Made by a program: the position numbers and the translations under genes | The notes under the pieces: model-generated | Seen by the model: only the letters and a program-made list of their open reading frames with translations | Database searches by the model: none | What the model was told of the DNA's origin: nothing | Shown here: one piece after another, positions 21,956 to 31,015 of the stretch | How the letters are laid out: each line of letters starts with the position of its first letter | How positions within the stretch are numbered: position 1 is the first letter of the stretch | Origin: Gammaproteobacteria bacterium | GTDB taxonomy: Bacteria > Pseudomonadota > Gammaproteobacteria > Eutrophobiales > Eutrophobiaceae | Assembly: GCA_022826885.1 (NCBI GenBank) | Contig: JAJDUB010000047.1 | Coordinates: forward strand, 2,076 to 66,075 | Direction: 5' to 3' | Length of the DNA: 64,000 nt

Positions 21956-21971
21956 CGCAGATGAAATAACC

Positions 21972-22757
21972 ATGCAAAGCCCGTACTTGATCGATTCACA
22001 CTGCCATATCCCACTGATAGAGATGGAGGGTGGCGCGGATGCCGTAATCGGCGCGGCACGGGAGGCGGGAGTAGGGCATATTCTGTGTGTCTCGATAGAC
22101 CTTGTATCCTATCCTGAAATCAAACATCTGGCCGATTCCTACTCCTGCGTATCCGCGTCGGCAGGCGTGCATCCAAATTCAGCAAGGGAAATCGAATTGA
22201 CGGAACAAGACCTGCTGGTTCTTGCCGATGATGAGAAAGTGATAGCAATCGGTGAAACAGGCCTGGATTATTACCGGAGCCAGGGCGACCTGGAGTGGCA
22301 AAGACAGCGGTTTCGCACCCATATTCGCGCAGCAAGACAGATTGATAAACCCCTTATTATCCACAGTCGCGAAGCCCGGGGAGACGTCATAAAAATCCTC
22401 ACGGAAGAAGGAGCGGATGCTGTCGGCGGGATAATGCATTGCTTCGTTGATGACCTGGAAACGGCAAAACAGGCGATGGACCTGGATTTTTATATCTCTT
22501 TTTCCGGAATTGTCACCTTTCGCAATGCAAAAGACCTGCAGGAAGTGGCCCGGCAGCTTCCCCTGGACCGGATCCTGGTTGAGACCGATGCGCCATACCT
22601 TGCGCCGGTTCCTTACCGCGGCAAACAGAACCAGCCCGCGTACGTTCGTCATGTCGCGGAAAAAATTGCCGAACTGCATGAAATTGATGTAACTGATGTG
22701 ATTTCTTCGACAACCGGAAATTTTAACAATCTGTTTTCGATAGATAAAATAAAATAA
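21972..22757 (+). CDS. ycfH: TatD-family metal-dependent hydrolase (YcfH)
   Basis: 261 aa counted from ATG 21972; the ORF-track start 21942 overlaps holB. It has 'LIDSHCHI', 'GETGLDYY' and 'ETDAPYLAP', and follows holB. Confidence 0.88.
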   Translation: MQSPYLIDSHCHIPLIEMEGGADAVIGAAREAGVGHILCVSIDLVSYPEIKHLADSYSCVSASAGVHPNSAREIELTEQDLLVLADDEKVIAIGETGLDYYRSQGDLEWQRQRFRTHIRAARQIDKPLIIHSREARGDVIKILTEEGADAVGGIMHCFVDDLETAKQAMDLDFYISFSGIVTFRNAKDLQEVARQLPLDRILVETDAPYLAPVPYRGKQNQPAYVRHVAEKIAELHEIDVTDVISSTTGNFNNLFSIDKIK

Positions 22758-22764
22758 TTGTTTA

Positions 22765-23904
22765 TCAAATAGTTGATGTTAATATATCAAGTGACTTATC
22801 AATTTTATCCATGCTGATATAGTAATGGGGAGAAAAGCGGATAGCGCCGCCGCGCAATGCGCATATTACCTGGTTCTCCATCAGCCGTTTATGCAGTTCC
22901 TGTTGCTCTGACCCGGTAACCTGAAAAGCGACAATCCCCGATCTTCGGTCCGAATCGCCCGGCGTGATGAGGCGTATCCGGTCATGCTCCGCCAGTCTTT
23001 CCATCAGGTATGAAACCCTGGCTTCCAGTTCCCGCTCTATATACCTCATGCCCAGGTCTTCTATCAGACCCAGGCTGGCGGAAAGGGCATGTACGCCCAG
23101 CAGGTTGTTTGATCCCGGTTCGAAGCGCCTGGCGGTCTTTGTCGGTTGCCAGGAACGGATGTCGAAGTCATCCGGCGTTGTCGTCATGTGCCACCCGTGC
23201 TGGTACAGGTTCAATTCATCCCGAACCGCTTCATTGCAATAAAACAGGGCGATGCCTTCCGGACCCAGCATCCACTTGTGAGCGTCGGCCATGACGAAGT
23301 CGGCCTGTATTTTCTGCACGTCGATATCATGGGCGCCGATACTCTGGATCGCATCAACACAGAACAGGATGTTATTTGTCCTGCAGAAGTCGCCCAATAA
23401 CTGCAGGTCCAGCCTGATGCCGCTGCTGAACTGTACGGAACTGACACTCAGCAACCTGGTGCGGTTATCACAGGCCTCAATCAATGCCTGTTCTGAAGAC
23501 CGCTCCCTGATATGTACTTTCTTCAGTGTGACGCCGTGTATCTTCTGCGCATCCCAGGGGATCCAGTTGGAAGGAAATTCCTCGGCGGACGTCACTACGT
23601 TATCGCCCCGGTTCCACCTGATACCTGCGGCCACTACCGACAAGGCCTCGGAGGTATTCTTCAACAGGGCGATATCATCAACTGAAGGGGCGTTGATAAG
23701 GTCCTTGGCCTGACGGCGCAACCGGTTTTCTTTTTCAATGAACAGGTAGTACCTGCTGGCGCCGTAGACAACGTTTTCCCGGGCGAATTCAACCACTGCA
23801 TCCCGGGTCCGCGCCGGCCAGGGAGCCACCCCGGCATGATTCAGGTATATCAATCCTTCCGCCTGGGGAAATTCGCTTTGTATTATGTTATCTTTCGACA
23901 TCAT
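22765..23904 (-). CDS. Class-V aminotransferase-fold PLP enzyme (cysteine desulfurase/epimerase-like)
   Basis: 379 aa with 'LNHAG', 'FCVDAIQSIG' and the PLP Lys context 'MADAHKWMLGPEG'. Confidence 0.75.
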   Translation of the reverse strand: MMSKDNIIQSEFPQAEGLIYLNHAGVAPWPARTRDAVVEFARENVVYGASRYYLFIEKENRLRRQAKDLINAPSVDDIALLKNTSEALSVVAAGIRWNRGDNVVTSAEEFPSNWIPWDAQKIHGVTLKKVHIRERSSEQALIEACDNRTRLLSVSSVQFSSGIRLDLQLLGDFCRTNNILFCVDAIQSIGAHDIDVQKIQADFVMADAHKWMLGPEGIALFYCNEAVRDELNLYQHGWHMTTTPDDFDIRSWQPTKTARRFEPGSNNLLGVHALSASLGLIEDLGMRYIERELEARVSYLMERLAEHDRIRLITPGDSDRRSGIVAFQVTGSEQQELHKRLMENQVICALRGGAIRFSPHYYISMDKIDKSLDILTSTI

Positions 23905-24011
23905 TGCTTCGGTATATCACCATACGACATGCATAATACCTCACGTGACTCCGGATACAACCGCTCTGTCAACGGAGTCTGCCGATCCTGTTTACCTGCA
24001 GGGATAAAACT

Positions 24012-25064
24012 GTGAACCAATCAAACAGCTTCGCCGGCGTCCACCTTGTGGGCAGTATTGCGATGGACAACTGTGAGCAGGTGTTTCGTAAAATCAGCGC
24101 CGAACTGGGTCCGTACCTTGACAAGATTCCTGATGGCGAGACCGGTGAACGGGCCCGCTGGATATATTTTCAAAGAACCATGCTGGTGGAACATCCCGCA
24201 ATGGAAATCGATCCGACGGTACCTGAACTGACATTGTACCAGTGGGATGGCAAGCTGTTACGCTCATTGCCCCTGCTGCGTTTCAGGGAAGGGATAAACC
24301 CTGATGACGTGGAATTTCCGACAGGTTACGACAAGGCGGCAGAGTATTCCTACAGCATCTTCAAAAAACTGCGCGCAGAGGGGGTAATACCCACCCATGT
24401 CCGTTTCCAGGTATGCCTGCCCACACCCATGTCCAGTTGTTACATGTACGTCAGCCACAAAGCGTACGACGATTACCAGCGCGTCTACCTGAAATCGCTG
24501 CTGAATGCCCTGAACGGGATTCTGGATAATATTCCCCATGAAGACCTGTACATACAGTATGACGTATGCCAGGAAGTGCTGATATTTGAGGATTACTTCC
24601 CATATCGTCCCCCGGACTACAAGGACCGGATATTCAGTGAATTGGCCGTGCTCGGCAACGCCGTGCCGGCAGACGTAAAACTTGGTTACCACCTGTGCTA
24701 CGGCACCCCGTACGATGAGCACCTGGTGATGCCGAAGGACGCGGGAATACTCGTGGAATTGATGAACGGTATAATCGGTGGCGTCAACCGCGGGGTGGAC
24801 TTCCTGCACATCCCCGTGCCGAAGGGCCGGACCGACCACGCTTATTTTATGCCGTTAAAAAACTTCAGGGGCGATACCAGGCTGTACCTGGGTCTTATAC
24901 ACCATGATGATGGCGACGGTGACCGGCAACGGATTGAGGCGGCGCGGGAATATGTCAGGGATTTTGGCATCGGTACTGAATGCGGCTGGGGGAGGGCGGA
25001 TCCAAAACGGGTCCCTGGTCTGCTTGCCAGCCACAGGAAAGCTGCTGAGGCATTGGGCGTGTAG
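24012..25064 (+). CDS. Hypothetical protein, possibly a MetE/UROD-fold Zn enzyme
   Basis: 350 aa with a GTG start. Coding looks clean with no internal low complexity. 'IQYDVCQEV', 'GYHLCYG' and 'GTECGWG' recall the IQxDEP / HxC / CG Zn-ligand layout of cobalamin-independent Met-synthase-like proteins. This is motif recall only. Confidence 0.55.
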   Translation: MNQSNSFAGVHLVGSIAMDNCEQVFRKISAELGPYLDKIPDGETGERARWIYFQRTMLVEHPAMEIDPTVPELTLYQWDGKLLRSLPLLRFREGINPDDVEFPTGYDKAAEYSYSIFKKLRAEGVIPTHVRFQVCLPTPMSSCYMYVSHKAYDDYQRVYLKSLLNALNGILDNIPHEDLYIQYDVCQEVLIFEDYFPYRPPDYKDRIFSELAVLGNAVPADVKLGYHLCYGTPYDEHLVMPKDAGILVELMNGIIGGVNRGVDFLHIPVPKGRTDHAYFMPLKNFRGDTRLYLGLIHHDDGDGDRQRIEAAREYVRDFGIGTECGWGRADPKRVPGLLASHRKAAEALGV

Positions 25065-25078
25065 CGCCGGGCACTGTA

Positions 25079-26038
25079 TTAATCCGCGTGGACGATCCCT
25101 GCGGCGATACCCAGTTCCGGCATAACACTGTAAAAATCCTGGACAGGCATCCTGCCGCCGGCAGCCCTGTGCGCGGCGGCAGCGGCAATCCAGGTATGCA
25201 GTTCCATGGAACCGATACCGGCCCGCTCAACCAGTTCGTACTGGTCCCAGTCATCGTATTCTTCCAGCCTGTTCTGCGTGAGCAGGTCCAGGAAACGCTG
25301 ATCCGATTCCGCATTCAGGCGCATGTCCCCGGCTGTGCGCTCACCGCGTGCTATCATCCCGGCGCCCTCATGGTGCATCACATCCAGACGTCCCAGCCAT
25401 TGCCCGGGCGTCAGTGATTGCGGGTCATCACCACCTGACAATTTCCAGGCTTCAACTTCCTGTTCACCCTTACCATGCTCGGGATAATAGCGCGTGGGAT
25501 GGTGTGACATCCCCCCTGACGCAAGAAACAACACTCTCTTGTCAAGAGCAAGGGCAAAACGTCCGATTGCCTCTCCCAGCATACGGGTACGCCTGAAAGG
25601 CACGAAAGGTGTCGTGATGCAGTTGATAAAAACAGGGATAACAGGACGCGCCGCCAGGCTGCCGAGTATGACGCTGATGGTCTGGGAAAAAGCGTGGTCG
25701 ATAGTCATCCTGTAGGATACGGCGGGGTCGATATCGTTATTCCGCAGGTATTCCACGCAGTCAACCGCAATTTCCCCGGGGATAACCAGAGGGCCGGCAA
25801 ATCCGCCTATATCGCCGGCCGCCTCGGCGCTGAAGCCCACGCAAAAGGCCGGCATGGTCTTCAGGAAAAAACCGTTGAAGTGATCCGAACCAAAGGCAAC
25901 CACCAGTTCGGGGTCAAATTCCGCGACGGCGCGGGACCTCTCGGCAAAGGCGCGTTGCAAGCCGTCCCAGTCTTCCGGTTCCCGGGCATAACAATACAGC
26001 AGCGGCGAATGCGAGGCACAAACCAGCGATGTTCTCAT
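25079..26038 (-). CDS. Class III (LigB-type) extradiol dioxygenase, MhpB-like
   Basis: 319 aa, collinear with E. coli MhpB as I remember it. Matching segments are 'ASHSPL', 'FGSDHFNGFF', 'MPAFCVG', 'VSYRMTIDHAFSQ', 'PVFINCITTPFVPFRRTRMLGEAIGRF' and 'KRVLFLASGGMSHHP'. Confidence 0.85.
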   Translation of the reverse strand: MRTSLVCASHSPLLYCYAREPEDWDGLQRAFAERSRAVAEFDPELVVAFGSDHFNGFFLKTMPAFCVGFSAEAAGDIGGFAGPLVIPGEIAVDCVEYLRNNDIDPAVSYRMTIDHAFSQTISVILGSLAARPVIPVFINCITTPFVPFRRTRMLGEAIGRFALALDKRVLFLASGGMSHHPTRYYPEHGKGEQEVEAWKLSGGDDPQSLTPGQWLGRLDVMHHEGAGMIARGERTAGDMRLNAESDQRFLDLLTQNRLEEYDDWDQYELVERAGIGSMELHTWIAAAAAHRAAGGRMPVQDFYSVMPELGIAAGIVHAD

Positions 26039-26060
26039 TGCAGCATACCCACGTGGAGTT

Positions 26061-27116
26061 TTATTTATCCGGCGCCGGCCGGTTACCGCGGTCCAGGCGC
26101 CATTGGCCGATTTCCTTCTCTTCGATAACGATATGGTTCACCAGTGTACCCAGACCGTCAATACTGACCTCCACCGGGCCCTCGATGACCTGGAAATCGG
26201 CCTGGTGGATAGACTTGCGGTTGGCCGAAGGTTTGAAGGCGGTGCCGCAGGATTTGAAGGCGGTGCCGCAGGAAATGATATCGCCGGGATGAAGCGTATG
26301 GAACTGGCTTATGAAACTGATAATCTCCGCCACCTTGTAGTTGTAAAATTTCGTATTGTCCTCGGCGAGCAACTCATCTCCGGCCCTGCAGTAGACATTC
26401 AATTCATCCGGGTTCGTTATCTCGTCTTTCGTCACCAGCCAGGGCCCCGAGCAGCCGAAGGTGTCACAACCTTTGTAACGGCCGGCGTAGGACAAGTGCT
26501 GCCTGACCCTGACGGTTCCGGCAGGATTGTCTTCACTGGCGTATATTGCCCAGTATTCGAACATATCCTCAGCGCGCATGCCGTTACCGGTAATATCGTT
26601 GAAGATGCTGTAACCGAACACTGCGTCAAGTGCGCCGGAAGCGGGCACATCCCTGGTCTCCCGGCCTATCACGACCGCCAGTTCCGGTTCGGGATGCACA
26701 CTGCCGTAATAGGGACGTATCCGAACGGGCTGCCTGTGTCCTGTAAGGCAGGAAGCAGGCTTCAGGAAAAATGCAGGATGGCCGGGCGCGCTGATTTTCC
26801 TCGCGTTGCTTGCCGAATTATTCATGGCTACGCCGCAGATTTTTCCCGGCATGCGCACCGGTGGATGCCAGAGCACTTCCCGGGCGGGAATGGTTTCTGC
26901 TGTATTGCTTCCCCTCCCTGATATTTCCAGGGCAGCCTCGACCTTATCCAGCAATGGCTGTCCGGAACGTATGATTTCAGTCATATCGTTTATGCCGGCA
27001 AGGCCTGGCCGGCCGGGGATTAACTCAAGCAGGCTCCTGATATCGACCAGGCGGTCATCATCAAGACAGACAACGACCATATCTTCGCCCTGGTGGTGTA
27101 CGCTCGCCAGTTTCAT
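26061..27116 (-). CDS. Fumarylacetoacetate hydrolase (FAH) family protein
   Basis: 351 aa with the FAH C-terminal domain motifs 'FFLKPASC', 'PELAVVIG', 'GYSIFNDITG' and 'HPGDIIS'. It contains the 7-aa duplication listed separately. Confidence 0.85.
   Translation of the reverse strand: MKLASVHHQGEDMVVVCLDDDRLVDIRSLLELIPGRPGLAGINDMTEIIRSGQPLLDKVEAALEISGRGSNTAETIPAREVLWHPPVRMPGKICGVAMNNSASNARKISAPGHPAFFLKPASCLTGHRQPVRIRPYYGSVHPEPELAVVIGRETRDVPASGALDAVFGYSIFNDITGNGMRAEDMFEYWAIYASEDNPAGTVRVRQHLSYAGRYKGCDTFGCSGPWLVTKDEITNPDELNVYCRAGDELLAEDNTKFYNYKVAEIISFISQFHTLHPGDIISCGTAFKSCGTAFKPSANRKSIHQADFQVIEGPVEVSIDGLGTLVNHIVIEEKEIGQWRLDRGNRPAPDK
26232..26273. repeat. Perfect 21-bp x2 tandem duplication inside the FAH gene
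   Basis: tttgaaggcggtgccgcagga at 26232-26252 is repeated exactly at 26253-26273. It is in frame and gives 'CGTAFKS CGTAFKP' on the minus strand. Confidence 0.95.
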
Positions 27117-27146
27117 ATATATCTGTAATAAGTTCCCGGAGTAATA

Positions 27147-28556
27147 TTAACCCTGCCGCAGATATATCCTCAATAACGGATACAGGGTTAACGAGACGAT
27201 TATCGCCGTAACAAACTCGACGGGAATAATACTGTTGAAAACGTAGTGGGACAGGATAAACGAGGAAATAATGGTGATGACACCGGCCCAGTTTACCTGC
27301 AGGTTTCGCCCGGGAACTGCATCTTCATGTCTCAGCCAGCGCCGTACGATAAAGTAATCGGCGATCATTATGCCGGAAAAACTGATGGTCAGGACGCTGA
27401 GAATTACCAGGAAGGATTTGAACCAGCTGATAATTTCTCCGTAGAGGAACAGCAATGAGAGCAGGTTGGCGACGACCACGAAGACGATCCTGCCCGGTTT
27501 CCATCCGAATATGGCATCCATAATGTTCGTCAGGGACAACGACGAGGAATAGGTATTCAAAACCTGGGCTTTCGCGTTTGCCAGCACCATCAGTATGGTG
27601 CCGAGTATGCCGCCGAAGATGATGAAAGCCGCAGCGACCCTGTCGGGGTTTTCGATGGCGATGGTTGTTGCGTCCGCGACCGACATCCCCGCGTTATCGA
27701 CGTAATACTCGACCAGTACCGGCATTCCCGCATACATGATTACGCCGCCTATGAACACCATCAGCACATCCATCGCAAAGTTGCCCAGGAAAGCCGCAAT
27801 ACCGATATCTGCAGAACTCCTGGCATAGCGGCCCAGGTCGGCATCGAGTAACGCCAGTGCGCCGGCAGAGCCGGCCAGAATATTGATGCCGAAAGCCAGT
27901 TTTGCCAGGTCAGACGTGGCGCCGGTATTTATCAGGGTCTCCGTGGAGACCTGGGAATCAAAAAAGAGAACGTCAAGCCAGTTCTGTTCACTTGAAAAAA
28001 TAATAGCGAACAGGATGTACAACAGGACAACAAGAAATCCGATCACCATGCTTGATGAAACCTTTGTGACCAGTTTAAAACCGTAAGCGGTCAGCAGGAT
28101 CCAGGCAATCGTGAAAATGCCATAGATGATTACCTGGTTTGCCAGGGTGTCTTCCAGGTTCAGGTAAAACAGGAAACCCCGGTAGAGCAACACGTTTTCA
28201 GCGGCGATAAAGCCGATGAGCATGAATGCATAGATGGATGAACCGATGGCAGACCCTTTGATCCCGAAGCCGTGAATTCTCGCCATTACCCCACTGGCCA
28301 GGCCGGTCCTGTAGGCGATATGACCGACACTCCAGCCGATAGTCCCACCCACCAGTGCAATGATGACGCCGGACAACAGGGCAATTTTCATACCCGCTAT
28401 GAAGGTGATCAGTGCGCCCACATAGATCTGCACCAGCGTGGTAACGATGCCGACAGTGTTCCAGGACATGGCGAGCCAGCCATGCCGTTCATTATCCGGC
28501 ACCCGTTCCAGCGCGTGGTCTTCGATGAGGTCCTGGATTGATTGTGTGCCGCTCAT
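27147..28556 (-). CDS. NCS1-family (purine-cytosine/CodB-like) permease
   Basis: 469 aa counted from ATG 28556; TTG 28589 is possible. The N-terminus has 'ERVPDNERHGW', followed by about 12 hydrophobic segments. Confidence 0.8.
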   Translation of the reverse strand: MSGTQSIQDLIEDHALERVPDNERHGWLAMSWNTVGIVTTLVQIYVGALITFIAGMKIALLSGVIIALVGGTIGWSVGHIAYRTGLASGVMARIHGFGIKGSAIGSSIYAFMLIGFIAAENVLLYRGFLFYLNLEDTLANQVIIYGIFTIAWILLTAYGFKLVTKVSSSMVIGFLVVLLYILFAIIFSSEQNWLDVLFFDSQVSTETLINTGATSDLAKLAFGINILAGSAGALALLDADLGRYARSSADIGIAAFLGNFAMDVLMVFIGGVIMYAGMPVLVEYYVDNAGMSVADATTIAIENPDRVAAAFIIFGGILGTILMVLANAKAQVLNTYSSSLSLTNIMDAIFGWKPGRIVFVVVANLLSLLFLYGEIISWFKSFLVILSVLTISFSGIMIADYFIVRRWLRHEDAVPGRNLQVNWAGVITIISSFILSHYVFNSIIPVEFVTAIIVSLTLYPLLRIYLRQG

Positions 28557-28671
28557 GAAAATTATTTTAACGCGTACATGTCCGGACAAGTTTCTCTGAC
28601 AATGTATTATCTTGTTATATTTTTCCAGCCAAGCATAATAGTCAATAAACGACTAATCAGGAAGGACAACC

Positions 28672-29643
28672 ATGAGCAAGGCAGTTTTTGTCAATCAATA
28701 TGGCGGCCCCGAGGTACTGTCATACCAGGATAACCCCATCGGCGCGCCAGGTCCGGGTGAAGTATTGGTGCGCAACACCGCCATCGGCGTGAATTACATA
28801 GACACTTATTACCGTTCCGGGCTGTATCCGGCTAAATTGCCGCTGATACCCGGCGACCAGGCCGCTGCCGTCGTTGAAGCGGTCGGCGCCGGCGTCACCG
28901 GGTTCAACCCCGGGGACCGGGTCGGCTATGCCTCGAAGCCCCTGGGCGCCTACACCTCGGAAAGAGTGATAGACGCGGTCCTGCTCGTGCCCCTGCCCGA
29001 GGGTATTTCCAATGAAGTGGCGGGGACCACGCTGACCCGGGGCCTGACCGTTGAGTACCTGACTCACCGGTTGTATGAGCTGAAGGCAGGGGAGACGGCG
29101 CTGGTCCATGCCGCGGCCGGCGGCACGGGCAGGATTCTGTGCCAATGGGCCAGTAACATCGGCGCAAGGGTGATCGGCACTGTCGGCTCCGAAGAGAAGA
29201 TGGACATTGCCCGGGAAAATGGCTGTTCAGAAGTGTTTCTGCATCAACAGGATTTTGCCCCGCAGGTAAGGGAACTGACCGACGGGCAGGGGGTCGATAT
29301 CGCCTATGACTCCATCGGCAAGGCCACCTTCATGAAATCCCTGAACTGCATAAGGCCCAGGGGCATGATGGTCAGCTTCGGCAATGCTTCGGGAAAACCG
29401 GACTCCCTGGACGTGCTGGAACTGGCAAAACGCGGCAGCCTGTTCCTGACCCGGCCAACGCTGTACGGATATACAAGTAACAGGGAGGACCTGTTGCTGT
29501 CGGCGCAGCGCTATTTCACAGCGATAACAAGCGGTTTGCTGGACGTAGAAAACGGCGTGCCTTTTGCATTGAAAGACGCCGCAGAAGCGCACCGGCACCT
29601 GGAAGACCGATCCATCGTCGGTTCGCCTATCCTCATTCCCTGA
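28672..29643 (+). CDS. qor: NADPH:quinone oxidoreductase (zeta-crystallin type MDR)
   Basis: 323 aa with 'GVNYIDTYYRSGLYP' and the cofactor loop 'AAAGGTG'. Confidence 0.85.
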   Translation: MSKAVFVNQYGGPEVLSYQDNPIGAPGPGEVLVRNTAIGVNYIDTYYRSGLYPAKLPLIPGDQAAAVVEAVGAGVTGFNPGDRVGYASKPLGAYTSERVIDAVLLVPLPEGISNEVAGTTLTRGLTVEYLTHRLYELKAGETALVHAAAGGTGRILCQWASNIGARVIGTVGSEEKMDIARENGCSEVFLHQQDFAPQVRELTDGQGVDIAYDSIGKATFMKSLNCIRPRGMMVSFGNASGKPDSLDVLELAKRGSLFLTRPTLYGYTSNREDLLLSAQRYFTAITSGLLDVENGVPFALKDAAEAHRHLEDRSIVGSPILIP

Positions 29644-29644
29644 C

Positions 29645-31015
29645 ATGCATTTTTATGCCGATCTTCATATCCACTCAAAATATTCCCGCGCCACCAGCAA
29701 GGATTGCGACCTGGAGCACCTGAGCTTCTGGGGGCGCAAAAAAGGTATCACCGTTATCGGCACGGGTGACTTCACTCATCCTGCATGGTTCAGTGAATTA
29801 AGTGAAAAACTGGTGCCGGCGGAACCGGGCCTGTTCCGTCTGCGCGACGATATTGAAAAGGAGGTCATGCAGAAATTACCGGGGAGTTGTCACGGCACAA
29901 CCCGTTTCATGCTGTCGGTGGAGATATCCACCATCTACAAAAAGGGCGAGAAGACACGCAAAATCCACCACCTGATCTACGCGCCTACCCTGAACCAGGC
30001 GGAGTTTATCAACCGCAAACTCGACCGCATCGGCAACATCAAGTCCGACGGGCGTCCCATCCTGGGCCTGGATTCCCGCCATTTACTGGAGATTGTGCTG
30101 GAAGCCGGGGAGGGCTGCTACCTGGTGCCGGCCCATATCTGGACCCCCTGGTTTGCCGTCCTGGGGTCAAAATCCGGCTTCGATTCCATAGGCGAGTGTT
30201 ACGGCGACCTTGCGGAGCACATATTCGCCGTAGAGACCGGCCTCTCAGCCGACCCGGACATGATAAGGTTGGTCTCGGACCTGGATCGTTACCGCCTGGT
30301 CTCCAACTCGGACGCGCATTCCCCGGCCAAACTGGGACGGGAGGCTTGTATATTCAACACTGATCTGGACTATTTTTCCATGCGCCGCGCCCTGGAAACG
30401 GGTGAGGGCTACGGCGGCAGCGCGGAATTCTTTCCGGAAGAGGGCAAGTACCACATGGACGGGCATCGCAAATGCAATGTCCGCCTGTCACCGGAGGAAA
30501 GTCGCCGACTGGGCGGTATCTGTCCCGTGTGCAACAAGCCTTTGACCCTGGGCGTGATGCACCGTGTACATGAACTGGCTGATCGCCCCGCAGGGGAAGC
30601 GCCTGAAACTACCGATCCCTTTGTCAGCCTGGTTCCCTTGCCGGAGGTAATCGCGGAAACGGAAGGCGTCGGCCCGAACAGCAAGCGGGTGGCAAACAAA
30701 TACGAACAACTACTGCATAAACTCGGGGCGGAATTAGGGATACTGAACGACATCCCCCTGGAGGAGATCAAAAACCTTTCCAATTCCTCCCTGATCCCCG
30801 AGGCTATTGCCCGTATGCGCAAGGGAGACGTGATCCGCGAAGCCGGTTACGATGGCGAATACGGCAGGATCAAACTGTTCCAGGAAGATGAACTGAAGCA
30901 AGCCGCCACTTTTGACTCATTTTCAATTAACACCTATATGGATAGCATCCGTGCGGGCACTCGACTCGGTACCGGCCTGTCCATAGATGACTTACGGAAG
31001 GAAGGACGGCGCTAG
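29645..31015 (+). CDS. Endonuclease Q-like PHP-domain protein (TIGR00375-type)
   Basis: 456 aa with the PHP N-terminus 'DLHIHSKYSRATS...VIGTGDFTHPAW', 'NSDAHSP', the Zn-finger 'CPVCNKPLTLGVMHRV' and 'GYDGEYGRI'. The ATG lies 1 nt after the qor stop. Confidence 0.75.
   Translation: MHFYADLHIHSKYSRATSKDCDLEHLSFWGRKKGITVIGTGDFTHPAWFSELSEKLVPAEPGLFRLRDDIEKEVMQKLPGSCHGTTRFMLSVEISTIYKKGEKTRKIHHLIYAPTLNQAEFINRKLDRIGNIKSDGRPILGLDSRHLLEIVLEAGEGCYLVPAHIWTPWFAVLGSKSGFDSIGECYGDLAEHIFAVETGLSADPDMIRLVSDLDRYRLVSNSDAHSPAKLGREACIFNTDLDYFSMRRALETGEGYGGSAEFFPEEGKYHMDGHRKCNVRLSPEESRRLGGICPVCNKPLTLGVMHRVHELADRPAGEAPETTDPFVSLVPLPEVIAETEGVGPNSKRVANKYEQLLHKLGAELGILNDIPLEEIKNLSNSSLIPEAIARMRKGDVIREAGYDGEYGRIKLFQEDELKQAATFDSFSINTYMDSIRAGTRLGTGLSIDDLRKEGRR

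Noticed and set aside
26103-26921. 272-aa plus-strand ORF containing 'GGAAGFEGGAAG'
   Set aside because: It is the antisense shadow of the FAH gene. Its internal repeat is just the 21-bp duplication read in another frame.
28590-28671. Riboswitch (TPP or purine) upstream of the NCS1 permease
   Set aside because: The spacer is only 82 nt and is shared with the divergent qor promoter. No CUGAGA or purine-box elements are visible.
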